IMG/VR virus record: IMGVR_UViG_3300035698_035310
Location: 295,045 to 359,044 of that record
DNA length: 64,000 bases
Direction: 5' to 3' (one strand)
The notes below the pieces were generated by a model. The model was not told the origin of the DNA. It worked only from the letters and a program-made list of their open reading frames with translations, and made no database searches. Positions within the stretch are counted from its first letter, which is position 1, and every line of letters begins with the position of its first letter. Both the position numbers and the translations under genes were made by a program. Below, piece after piece: positions 28,788 to 38,369 of this stretch.

Positions 28788-29695
28788 AAAATAAACACAC
28801 TCCATTATATGATCCAGAAATAGCCAAAAAAATAACTGAAATTGGTAGACGTATTTTATATGAAATGAAAAAGGAAATGAAAAAAATGGAATCATTATTT
28901 GATGTAAATGGTCTAATGTTTTGGACGCAGCGCGAAATACGATTGCGCGAATCGTTTGCAAAACATTTTTCAGAAGAACTACACAATGCATTATTATATG
29001 AAAATAGAGCATGGGAATTTATTCAATTTGAAGGACCGCAACTAACCCCACGTTCAGCCATTAATCCCAACTATACAAATGATGATATATGGGTTCAACA
29101 AAACCATAGTAATATGAAAATAGGTGAACCATTTCCTGAAATTAGTAGCGATTTAGTTCTTCGACCCGAAACAACGCCTTCATCATACGTATATGCTAGA
29201 CATTTGTTAGACACCCATAGTGGAATTAAGCCACCATTTGTCATATGGCAAACTGGTAAAAGTTTTAGACGCGAACAAGATCAGGTGATAAAAAATATGC
29301 GCCTAAAAGAATTCTATCAACAAGAATTTCAATGCATATATACCGCTGATACAAAAAATGATTACCAAGAAGCCGTATTAGAGCCAGTTAGAAAAATGAT
29401 TGGTGAAATGGTAAACCTACCAACACGATTGGTGGAAAGCGATAGATTGCCTTCTTATAGCAAACGTACAATGGATGTGGAAGTTTGGATATCTGATAAC
29501 ATTAACGAGCCAGGATTCATATCTGACACTGGAAGATGGATGGAAGTTTGTTCGATATCTAAACGAACTGATTTTCCTGGTACAGTGAAATTCCAAACCA
29601 AAAATAAAATAGTCGAAAAAGATTTAGAAGTGCTTGAGGTCGCAATCGGATTAGACAGAATAAATTATTGCTTTGAACAAGGAAATATAAAATAA
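28784..29695 (+). CDS. Class II aaRS catalytic core, glycyl-tRNA synthetase (alpha2 type)-like, lacking the anticodon-binding domain
   Basis: LRPET, QTGKSFRRE (motif 2), RLKEFYQQEFQ, EVCSIS.RTDF and VLEVAIGLDR (motif 3), then the stop. True start may be ~28885. Confidence 0.75.
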   Translation: MKNKHTPLYDPEIAKKITEIGRRILYEMKKEMKKMESLFDVNGLMFWTQREIRLRESFAKHFSEELHNALLYENRAWEFIQFEGPQLTPRSAINPNYTNDDIWVQQNHSNMKIGEPFPEISSDLVLRPETTPSSYVYARHLLDTHSGIKPPFVIWQTGKSFRREQDQVIKNMRLKEFYQQEFQCIYTADTKNDYQEAVLEPVRKMIGEMVNLPTRLVESDRLPSYSKRTMDVEVWISDNINEPGFISDTGRWMEVCSISKRTDFPGTVKFQTKNKIVEKDLEVLEVAIGLDRINYCFEQGNIK

Positions 29696-29783
29696 TATAA
29701 GTATTCCATTTATATTGACAATGATGCGATATATCTATAATATTAAAATACAAAAAATAAAATAATAACAAAGGAGAAATAAA

Positions 29784-30410
29784 TTGGATCAAGAACAAAT
29801 GAATTTAATACCAATGGTAGTGGAAACTACAGCAAAAGGCGAACGAGCCTATGATATATTTTCGAGAATGTTGCGTGAAAGAATTATCTTTCTTAATGGA
29901 CCTGTGAATGATACCGTAGCCAGTTTGGTTGTGGCACAAATGTTATTTTTGGAATCAGAAAATCCATCAAAAGATATTTCTTTTTACATCAATAGCCCCG
30001 GTGGCGTAGTTACTGCGGGTATGGCAATTTATGACACTATGCAATATATTCGCCCTAATGTATCCACTGTTTGTATTGGTCAAGCAGCATCCATGGGATC
30101 GTTGTTATTGGCGGCTGGTGCAGAAGGTAAGCGTTTCGCACTACCTAATGCAAGAATTATGATTCACCAACCATCAGGCGGCGCACAAGGACAGGCATCT
30201 GATATTGAAATTCAAGCAAAAGAAATCATTCGCATAAAGAAAGATTTGACACAAATTTACGTTGATCACGGCGTTAAAGAAAAATCATATGAAGATTTTC
30301 TTGCAGCAATGGATCGTGATAATTTTCTATCTGCCACTGAAGCAGTTGAAGAATGGGGTATAATTGATGCGGTGGTTGATTCAAGACCGCCAGTTGAAGA
30401 AAACGATTAA
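29784..30410 (+). CDS. clpP: ATP-dependent Clp protease proteolytic subunit (host-like)
   Basis: LIPMVVE...[29 protein letters not shown] and MDRDNF. Confidence 0.95.
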   Translation: MDQEQMNLIPMVVETTAKGERAYDIFSRMLRERIIFLNGPVNDTVASLVVAQMLFLESENPSKDISFYINSPGGVVTAGMAIYDTMQYIRPNVSTVCIGQAASMGSLLLAAGAEGKRFALPNARIMIHQPSGGAQGQASDIEIQAKEIIRIKKDLTQIYVDHGVKEKSYEDFLAAMDRDNFLSATEAVEEWGIIDAVVDSRPPVEEND

Positions 30411-30413
30411 TAT

Positions 30414-31352
30414 TTATGGAAGGAGTGATTTGCGTTGCTCCTTCCATTCACTCTCCCATATAACTATTAACTTATAACCCATAGATTTTATTTTATTTTC
30501 ACGTTGTGTAGTTTTTTCATATAATTCACCATAAGTCGTTTTCGTTATTGGATGAACATCTATCATATCAAATTTATTGGGATTCCCATGCCAAAAATCA
30601 CCATGATATTCATATACAGTGTTGCTTTTTAAATCATAACCATCAACTATAACAATATTATCATCGATTTTGATTTGCACCTGACGATGATTCACGTCAT
30701 TCGGCAAACCAATATAATCCAACCAAGCAGTTTCTTGATTAGACAATCTTTTAGAACATGACGGACATCCAGAACCGGCGCATAAATGTGAACTTGGTGT
30801 TTGAAAAAATGCACCATGCCTTGGGCATATAATTTTAATTTTTTCATGTGAATTTTTATATATCATATAACTATAATCATATTTGTCACTATGTATTATA
30901 TTGGATTCTGTTATAAATATTTTATCTGTTTTTTTAAATAGTGTATTCATTTTCTCATTGACGCATATGCGACATCCATATCCTTGAAGATGGTTAGCCG
31001 GACTAATTTTAAAATTACCATGTTTGCTACAAGTCACAATAACTTTTTTATGCGATGTTTTATATTTTGTAAATTTATAATTGTATATATTATTATGTTT
31101 TTCATTGGCTTCTGATACAAAAGAACTATTTGTTTTTCTACAAGATATTCTTCTTTTATTATCAGCACATGTAGGACATTCTTGTCCTTGTGTATGATTA
31201 CTCGGCGTCATAACAAATTTGTCGTGATTGCTGCACAATATTATTATATTATGCTTATTATTGATATAGTCAACTAACGAATAATCATATTTATTGCCAT
31301 GTATTTTTATGGCATTCATTATAAATTCATTAGTTGTTAATTTTCTTGTCAT
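30414..31352 (-). mobile_element. Putative homing endonuclease (DUF723-like Zn repeats plus PD-(D/E)XK/Vsr-like nuclease)
   Basis: Three H..KYDYS...I.C..HG.F...P..H..G..C..C repeats and C-terminal VDGY...YEYHGDFWHG; antisense after clpP. Confidence 0.75.
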
Positions 31353-31368
31353 TTCATTAACTCCTGTT

Positions 31369-31459
31369 TATAAATATATATGAGGGACAACAGGCAAAAC
31401 TTCTGTGCCTGCGATATTAATATGTGGAGTATTAATATCTTACCTCTAATGCTATTTAT
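31369..31459. ncRNA. Structured element (three-way junction) upstream of the endonuclease gene
   Basis: Stems GAGG/CCTC, CAGGCA/TGCCTG and GATATTAATAT/GTATTAATATC, flanked by TATAAATA and TATTTAT. Confidence 0.5.
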
Positions 31460-31471
31460 CTTTAAATTTCA

Positions 31472-31499
31472 TTGACATTTCCTTATTTTCTGTTATAAT
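31472..31499 (+). promoter_or_regulatory. Sigma70-like promoter
   Basis: TTGACA-N16-TATAAT. Confidence 0.65.
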
Positions 31500-31529
31500 A
31501 CATCAAATAATAACAAAGGAGGACATATA

Positions 31530-32540
31530 ATGTCATTTATCAAATGGACAGATATTGAAAATTTTCATAATGTAAGAAAAGCTGCTGTAAAATATTACAG
31601 CATTTCAGAACCAATCACATATCGTGGAAAAATAAAACTCCATGGAACAAATGCAGGCATTATCATTAAACCCAATGGTGATATATTTGCACAATCGAGA
31701 AGTGGTATCATCGGAACCGGTAACGATAATGCAGGGTTTGCCCAATACATAGAAAACACCAAAGATTATTGGTCTACATTAGCTACCACTGAACAAATCA
31801 CGATATTTTGCGAGTGGTTTGGTAAAGGCATTCAAAAAGGCGTTGCTGCTTCGCAGATTGTTTCCAAACATGTTGCTATTTTTTCGATTCAAATCGGCGA
31901 ATATGACGAAGATGGCAATGCCGATATGATTATTGAGCCATCAGAAATCGAAAAATATATTGCAGTTGATAGTAAACCCGATAATGTTCATATTCTTCCT
32001 TGGTATGGTGAAAAGATTATCATCGATTATACAGATACTACATCGTTGGAAGTCATAGTTGAGAAACTTAACAAAGAAGTGGAAACGGTAGAAGCATGCG
32101 ATCCTTGGATCAAAGACGTGTTTGGTATTAGCGGAACCGGGGAAGGTTTGGTTTATTATCCAATCAGTTTTTCTAAAAATGGTGTAATCAATCGCTGGCA
32201 TTTAAGCCGTTATTTGATGAAATGCAAAGGCGAGAAGCACAAAGTTCAGAAGGATAGAAAGGCGGTTATTCTCGATCCTGAAATAGTTGCTTCCTCGAAT
32301 GCGTTTGTTGAAAAGTTTGTCACAGAATCCCGATTGGAACAAGGCGCAACGGAAGTCAATCGCGGTGTTCTTGATTTTGATACAAAACTTATTGGACCAT
32401 TTTTGAAATGGTTCAATGGTGATGTTAATAAAGAATGCACCGATGAACTTGAAGCTTCTGGACTTGAATGGAAACAAGTTGCCAAGGGTGTTAGCACTGC
32501 TGCACGCAATTGGTATATTGAAAAGTCGAAGGAACTTTAA
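31530..32540 (+). CDS. RNA ligase, Rnl2 family
   Basis: KIKLHGTNA (motif I), DNAGFA, CEWFG.GIQKG, EGLV, K.K and the C-terminal VTESRL domain. Confidence 0.8.
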   Translation: MSFIKWTDIENFHNVRKAAVKYYSISEPITYRGKIKLHGTNAGIIIKPNGDIFAQSRSGIIGTGNDNAGFAQYIENTKDYWSTLATTEQITIFCEWFGKGIQKGVAASQIVSKHVAIFSIQIGEYDEDGNADMIIEPSEIEKYIAVDSKPDNVHILPWYGEKIIIDYTDTTSLEVIVEKLNKEVETVEACDPWIKDVFGISGTGEGLVYYPISFSKNGVINRWHLSRYLMKCKGEKHKVQKDRKAVILDPEIVASSNAFVEKFVTESRLEQGATEVNRGVLDFDTKLIGPFLKWFNGDVNKECTDELEASGLEWKQVAKGVSTAARNWYIEKSKEL

Positions 32541-33010
32541 TGACTGAAAAGAACATAACAATCATGAACATCAAACCGAATATTTTTGCTGTTCATGATT
32601 CTCATTGTTGCCCCGAACATGGTTGCAAGTATGGCGATCCTGATTGCCCTGTTATGGATGGGTTAGCGTCGGGAGTTACATGTGAAGATTGCGATGACGA
32701 ACAACAAGATTTGCTAAGAGAGCAATTAAGAATAGTCAATTTAGAAAATGAGCCTCGTGCTCGATATGAAGAAAAAGAAACTAAAAAACTTGGTGATGTT
32801 ATTGGGTATGGTCGAATGATGCAACTAGCAGAACAACTGTGGCGTAAAAAACTTGAAGAAGATGATATGGGGGGTGGCGAGTTTGTATCTGGACCATGCA
32901 AAGCATTGACTGTCCCATGTGGATGTAAATCAGGATGTGATTGGTGCGAGGGTGCTGAATGGTTAACTAAAAAAGTTAAAGATATCAAAAATGAAATGAC
33001 GAGGGTTTAA
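32540..33010 (+). CDS. Cys-rich hypothetical protein
   Basis: HCCPEHGCKYGDPDCP, IGYGRMMQ and CDWC. Confidence 0.7.
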   Translation: MTEKNITIMNIKPNIFAVHDSHCCPEHGCKYGDPDCPVMDGLASGVTCEDCDDEQQDLLREQLRIVNLENEPRARYEEKETKKLGDVIGYGRMMQLAEQLWRKKLEEDDMGGGEFVSGPCKALTVPCGCKSGCDWCEGAEWLTKKVKDIKNEMTRV

Positions 33011-33277
33011 ATGACTAAAAATACTGAAATTCGTGCGGTAATAGATGAACGTTATCTATTCGAGTTACAAAAAAAATTAGACATACCAAATATAACCAAT
33101 TTGGTTAAAGTGGCATTTACTATATTAGATTGGGCTGCGGGTGAAGCAATAAATGGACGAAAAATCATGTCTGCCGATATTGATGGCTATGATGCTAAAA
33201 TATTGAAAATTCGTGAACTTGACGAAATTAATAACACATACGATTCTACTGAAAAACCAAGAAATGACGTTCCATGA
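33011..33277 (+). CDS. Hypothetical protein
   Basis: GAGG RBS; 88 aa. Confidence 0.65.
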   Translation: MTKNTEIRAVIDERYLFELQKKLDIPNITNLVKVAFTILDWAAGEAINGRKIMSADIDGYDAKILKIRELDEINNTYDSTEKPRNDVP

Positions 33278-33447
33278 ATTTTTCACGGTTGTGTTCAGAA
33301 TATCTTGACAGACAGCCCACACAAAACCAAAAAACAGATAAATTAGACCAATACTTTCGAAATCATCCTATTAAATTTTGCTGTGGTATTATTGCTCTTT
33401 TGGCAATAGAAACGTTTTGCTTGTTTTATTTTGGAGGTGTGGTATAA
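33274..33447 (+). CDS. Small membrane protein (57 aa, not in the ORF track)
   Basis: ATGA overlap; MNFSRLC...FCCGIIALLAIETFCLFYFGGVV. Confidence 0.45.
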   Translation: MNFSRLCSEYLDRQPTQNQKTDKLDQYFRNHPIKFCCGIIALLAIETFCLFYFGGVV

Positions 33448-33480
33448 TACACTAACTTATAACTGTAGAAAGTAAATAAA

Positions 33481-35160
33481 ATGGAAAACCTAAATGATTT
33501 AAAGTCGTGGCCTTTTGTTGAGGCGCGGCGTCTTGTAGAGCATACACAAGATAAGGAAGTGGTTGTTTTTTCCACTGGATATGGTCCGTCTGGTCCGCCA
33601 CACATTGGAACCTTTGGTGAAGTTGCACGAACTGTAATGGTTATGAATGCATTTCGACAATTATCCGATAAGCCAATGCGTCTTATTGTATTTTCAGATG
33701 ATATGGACGCTTTGCGTGCCATTCCAGAAAATGTACCCAATCCAGATAACATGCTTGATGATTTTATCGGCATTCCACTGTCTTGGATTCCTGATCCATA
33801 TGAAACACATGATAGTTATTCTGCACATAATAATGCAGCACTTTGTGATTTTTTAGATTTACACGGTTATGATTATGAATTTATAATGTCATCGGATTGC
33901 TATGAAGGTGGTGTATTTAATGAGACATTGCGATTATTTGCGTCACGAGTTGATGAGATCAGCAACATTATTACGCATGATTATGGTATCAATGGCGGAA
34001 ATCGTAAGGACACTTATTGTCCATTTCTTCCAATTAACACAATCGAGGGAACAGTTTTCGAGTTGGATGAATGGGAAATTATTGAGGTTGAAAATATGTC
34101 AATTGGTTCTTATGGAAATGGCGAGATTGCACCGTCGCCATTTCTTGCATTGCGATATACGAATGCAAGCGGTGGGGTAGGAATGTGCAATATTGATAAC
34201 GGCAAGGTTAAGCTGCAATGGAAGGCAGATTGGCCTATGCGATGGATTGCTCTAGGCATTGATTATGAAATGCATGGCAAGGATTTAATTGGGTCTGCGC
34301 AAGTTGGACAACGTATTTGCAAGTTGCTTGGTAAGAAGGCACCGCTTAACTATATGTATGAACTATTTTTAGATGAAGATGGTGAAAAGATTTCTAAGTC
34401 TAAGGGAAATGGATTGTCATTGACCGATTGGATGAGCTATAGCACCCCTGCGTCTGTGGCATATTATATGTTTCAGAACCCACGCAAGTCGCGTAAGTTG
34501 CACTTTGGTGTTATTCCGCAAATGACAGACGACTATTTGAAGATGTTGGATAAGTATATCCAAGAGCCAAGCATGGATAATCCAGTTTGGCATATCCATA
34601 ATGGCGATGTTCCTACGGTTGGTTCACCAGTAATGTTCAGCATGATTCTAAATTTGGTCAGCATTACTGATACCCAAGACCCATATGTATTGATTGAGTT
34701 CATTCGGAACTATGCGCATGGCGCTTCGTTCAAGAATCCAATTCTTCGTGATTTGATCAATGGTGCATTGAACTATTACACAACCGAAGTTCTTCCTAAG
34801 AAGACATATCGTGCTCCAACTGAAATGGAGCGTGTCGCACTTATTTCTTTACATGGGTCATTGCGTATGGTTCAAGCGCAACATAATGCTATGCTTGAAT
34901 TCATGAATACAAATATGGTAAAGATGGATGCCATCAATGAAGCAGGTGGCGAGAAGGCTGTATTGGAAGAAGCAATCACTTCGGTAACATATGAAGTAGG
35001 CAAGGTTCATTTCGGCGAAGAAAAGGATTCATTGCGAAAGTATTTCAAGAGTGTATATGAAATAATCATGGGTCAATCAAGTGGACCTAGATTGCCAGTA
35101 TTCATTGTGATGTTGGGCATTGATGAATTTTTGAGAATTTTAAAGGAAAAGATTCAATAA
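33481..35160 (+). CDS. lysS: Lysyl-tRNA synthetase, class I
   Basis: WPFVEA, TGYGPSGPPHIG, KLQWKADW, YEMHGKDL, KISKSKGN and GQSSGPR. Confidence 0.95.
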   Translation: MENLNDLKSWPFVEARRLVEHTQDKEVVVFSTGYGPSGPPHIGTFGEVARTVMVMNAFRQLSDKPMRLIVFSDDMDALRAIPENVPNPDNMLDDFIGIPLSWIPDPYETHDSYSAHNNAALCDFLDLHGYDYEFIMSSDCYEGGVFNETLRLFASRVDEISNIITHDYGINGGNRKDTYCPFLPINTIEGTVFELDEWEIIEVENMSIGSYGNGEIAPSPFLALRYTNASGGVGMCNIDNGKVKLQWKADWPMRWIALGIDYEMHGKDLIGSAQVGQRICKLLGKKAPLNYMYELFLDEDGEKISKSKGNGLSLTDWMSYSTPASVAYYMFQNPRKSRKLHFGVIPQMTDDYLKMLDKYIQEPSMDNPVWHIHNGDVPTVGSPVMFSMILNLVSITDTQDPYVLIEFIRNYAHGASFKNPILRDLINGALNYYTTEVLPKKTYRAPTEMERVALISLHGSLRMVQAQHNAMLEFMNTNMVKMDAINEAGGEKAVLEEAITSVTYEVGKVHFGEEKDSLRKYFKSVYEIIMGQSSGPRLPVFIVMLGIDEFLRILKEKIQ

Positions 35161-35161
35161 A

Positions 35162-35617
35162 ATGGAAATATTACAATATTTAATAACACGGTGTAATATG
35201 GTTGGAAGTCGGGATATATGCCCCGAAACTGCAACCGACAACACCGATCATGATTATTTGATGTTGGCTAATCCGATTGGCGCATTTTTTGTTAGAATTG
35301 TATTATATTTGAATAGATATAAAAGACGTCATGGCGGTATAACATATTTCAATCCTATACCTGTCATGACGCAAACTGCTGGATTTCAAGTGTGGAAAAG
35401 TATTAAAAATAATATAACAGTAGATGTTTTATTGACTACCGATAAAGGGTTTTATGATAAATTCATGGAAGCACACAATGAAGCAAAACGTTTGAAAATA
35501 TTAGACAAAGCAGAACGATTGGTATTGTTTCAGAAAATAATATATGACCACGTCATAACAGTAGAAGATATGCAAAAATATTTAGATGCAAAAATACAAA
35601 AACGAAATAATAACTGA
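35162..35617 (+). CDS. Possible minimal nucleotidyltransferase
   Basis: VGSR...TDHDYL (GS...DxD), pol-beta-like. Confidence 0.45.
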   Translation: MEILQYLITRCNMVGSRDICPETATDNTDHDYLMLANPIGAFFVRIVLYLNRYKRRHGGITYFNPIPVMTQTAGFQVWKSIKNNITVDVLLTTDKGFYDKFMEAHNEAKRLKILDKAERLVLFQKIIYDHVITVEDMQKYLDAKIQKRNNN

Positions 35618-35682
35618 CGTTTTATATTGCCTTTACTTGGATGGTTGAAGTATAATACAAAATCATTAATTAGAGAAATATA

Positions 35683-36333
35683 ATGGCAAAAACAGAGTTA
35701 AGACGAAAACATCCATATTTTGGAAAGTTTAAATTCAAAATAAATGTATATAATAAAGATTGGGTTAAAGATTATAAATTGGCATATCCTACTTTTTTAA
35801 CTGATATTACAGATATAGAAAAAGAACAATACATAAAAGTAAAAGATTATTTAACTAAATATTGGAAAGTCGAAAAAGATTTTAGATGGAATGATAATTG
35901 GAATGTGTATTTAAGAGATGCTGATGTATATGATCATGTTCTATCAAGATTTCCGACGTTTTTATCAAAAGTTATTAGACCAGCACCAGGTTATGAGGAT
36001 TTAGAAGGAAGGGGGGCGCTTAATGAACATATATTATGGTATGGAAAATTTTCATATAAAATATCATTGAGAAATGTCGATAGCACAACAAATCATTTAT
36101 ATAAAAAATGGTGTATGGAAAATTTAGAAAGCGATATAAAATACTCAACCGGTTATAGTGATACAAGTTTTTATTTTATGAATTCATTTGACGCGATGGC
36201 ATTTAAATTAAGATTTGGTGATTATGTTAAAGATACGTTTATTGCCGATAAAGACGAAGCTGCTATACAATTAAGAAATCGAATGGATCAAGCTATTCAA
36301 GAATATAACAACTACATGGAAGGTGAATCATGA
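35683..36333 (+). CDS. Hypothetical protein (DAxxFKL family)
   Basis: YFGKF.FKI and WYGKF.YKI duplicated domains; KWC...FYF...DAMAFKL. Confidence 0.7.
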   Translation: MAKTELRRKHPYFGKFKFKINVYNKDWVKDYKLAYPTFLTDITDIEKEQYIKVKDYLTKYWKVEKDFRWNDNWNVYLRDADVYDHVLSRFPTFLSKVIRPAPGYEDLEGRGALNEHILWYGKFSYKISLRNVDSTTNHLYKKWCMENLESDIKYSTGYSDTSFYFMNSFDAMAFKLRFGDYVKDTFIADKDEAAIQLRNRMDQAIQEYNNYMEGES

Positions 36334-37292
36334 CAAAACACAATAAAAATGAAATAATTTTAATATCTGGAAATAGCAACAGACCACTATCCGAAGAAAT
36401 ATCGGATATACTTGATATCCCATTATCAAAAGTTGAAATATCTTCATTTTCGGATGAAGAAACTAAAATAGAAATAAGTGACAATGTGCGTGGTGAAGAT
36501 GTATATGTTATACAACCAACATCACAACCGGCGAACCAAAACCTAATGGAACTACTAATCACCATAGATGCCCTTAAGCGTTCATCTGCGCGGCGTATAA
36601 CGGCTGTAATACCATATTATGGATATGCACGCCAAGATGCAAAACCAGCCCCCAGAACACCAATAACGGCAAAATTGGTAGCCGATTTGATTACTACTGC
36701 TGGTGCTGACAGAGTTCTAACGATGGATTTTCACTCACGCCAAGCACAAGGGTTTTTTAATATTCCAACAGATAACCTTTTCGCACAACCATTTTTCGTC
36801 ACGGACATTAAAAAACAATTCAAAAAATTAGATAATGTTATTATCGTATCACCAGATGTTGGTGGCGTGGTCAGAGCAAGAGCGCTTGCTAAGAAAATAA
36901 ATGCCGATCTTGCCATTATCGACAAGCGTCGTGAAAAAGCAAACGTTAGTGAAGTTATGAATATCATTGGCGATATAGACGGTCATGATTGTATCATTAT
37001 TGACGATATGGTAGATACCGCAGGAACATTATGCAATGCTGCTGATGCGTTGATAGAAAAGGGCGCTAAATCAGTTCACGCATATGCAACACATGGCGTA
37101 TTGAGTGGACCGGCAACTGAAAGACTTAACGCATCAGAATCATTATCATCTTTAACTATCACAAATAGCGTACAATATCCATACAATGGCGAAGCATCCG
37201 ATAAAGTTAGAATAGTATCCATTGCTCCATTGCTTGCAAGGGCGATAAGTAGAATAGCCAAAGAATCTTCAGTTAGTGAGTTATTTGAATAA
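36330..37292 (+). CDS. prs: Ribose-phosphate pyrophosphokinase (PRPP synthetase)
   Basis: [26 protein letters not shown] and DDMVDTAGT. Confidence 0.95.
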   Translation: MTKHNKNEIILISGNSNRPLSEEISDILDIPLSKVEISSFSDEETKIEISDNVRGEDVYVIQPTSQPANQNLMELLITIDALKRSSARRITAVIPYYGYARQDAKPAPRTPITAKLVADLITTAGADRVLTMDFHSRQAQGFFNIPTDNLFAQPFFVTDIKKQFKKLDNVIIVSPDVGGVVRARALAKKINADLAIIDKRREKANVSEVMNIIGDIDGHDCIIIDDMVDTAGTLCNAADALIEKGAKSVHAYATHGVLSGPATERLNASESLSSLTITNSVQYPYNGEASDKVRIVSIAPLLARAISRIAKESSVSELFE

Positions 37293-37305
37293 AAAGGACT
37301 AAATT

Positions 37306-38358
37306 ATGAAACAATTATTAATAAGTATGTTTATAATTTTTTTGACGATAGGAACAGCAAACGCGGATTATATATTTGTTGTCCCACAAAAACCCGGTGC
37401 AGGGACGTCGCAGTGGGCACAAATAGTAGCCAAAGAATTAGAAAAATATTTAGGTGAAAAAATAAAAATAAAACATATTCCTGGTGCTCGTGATCGTGCT
37501 GGATTTAAAAAATTTCACGATACATTAAGGTTTGATGATAAGACAGTTATGGTATCGCATGGCGGTAACGCAATTAGTTATCTAACTGAACCAGTTGGAT
37601 ACGATTATAAAGAATATGATTCTATTGCAATCATGAATTTTAATATCGCGGTAGCGCATCGTTCAGATTTGGATTGGCGGGGTAATGATAAAGTGTCGTT
37701 TGCTGCTGGTTCGGGTATGGTTCCAGAGGCACTTGCTATAGCGATGCTATTATGTGGCGCAGATGCACCCGCGTGTTGGAATGACCGTGTGATATGGGTT
37801 CGCGGTATGTCGGGTTCCGAACGTCGGTTGGCATTTCGACGTGGTGAAATTTCAGGAACAAGAGAGAATGTTGCTGCTTATAAAAAACATGTAGTCCCCA
37901 TTGTAAAATCTGGTGATGCAAAGCATTGGTTCAATCATGGTATGTTGAATCCTGCTACGGGTGAATTTGGTGCAGATACCAATCTTTCTTTTCCGCACAT
38001 GGAAGCATTGTATGAAGAACTATGGGGTGAAAAACCATCTGGTGGTTTTTATGATGCGTATAAGTTAGCCAAGGCTTGGAGAGATAGTGTTCAAAAAGCG
38101 TTGTGGGTTAATAAAGGAAATCCTAATCGTGATATATTAGTGCAAGCAGTTAACGATATGTTGAATGATCCTGCATCTATGGCGAACCTTCATAAAAAAA
38201 TGGGTTCTTATCCATGGAGAGTTGGTGATGCAGGGAATGATTTTATGGACGTTTTATACAACATGATTTCAAGCGACGCACTTAAAACATTAGTCGATTT
38301 TGAAAAAGATGTATTAAGGTTGGATGCTGTGTTTAATGAGAAACGTGTAGAGAAATAA
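37306..38358 (+). CDS. TctC/Bug-like periplasmic substrate-binding protein
   Basis: Signal peptide (…ANA-D); VVPQKPGAGT..W and HIPGA; convergent with a TctA gene. Confidence 0.7.
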   Translation: MKQLLISMFIIFLTIGTANADYIFVVPQKPGAGTSQWAQIVAKELEKYLGEKIKIKHIPGARDRAGFKKFHDTLRFDDKTVMVSHGGNAISYLTEPVGYDYKEYDSIAIMNFNIAVAHRSDLDWRGNDKVSFAAGSGMVPEALAIAMLLCGADAPACWNDRVIWVRGMSGSERRLAFRRGEISGTRENVAAYKKHVVPIVKSGDAKHWFNHGMLNPATGEFGADTNLSFPHMEALYEELWGEKPSGGFYDAYKLAKAWRDSVQKALWVNKGNPNRDILVQAVNDMLNDPASMANLHKKMGSYPWRVGDAGNDFMDVLYNMISSDALKTLVDFEKDVLRLDAVFNEKRVEK

Positions 38359-38369
38359 TATCATACGTA

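Noticed and set aside
21491-37292. Calling the PRTase plus Prs a NARP1 system
   Set aside because: The two genes are ~14 kb apart, Prs looks canonical and host-like, and the PRTase is clustered with pncA, nadE and nadM-like instead.
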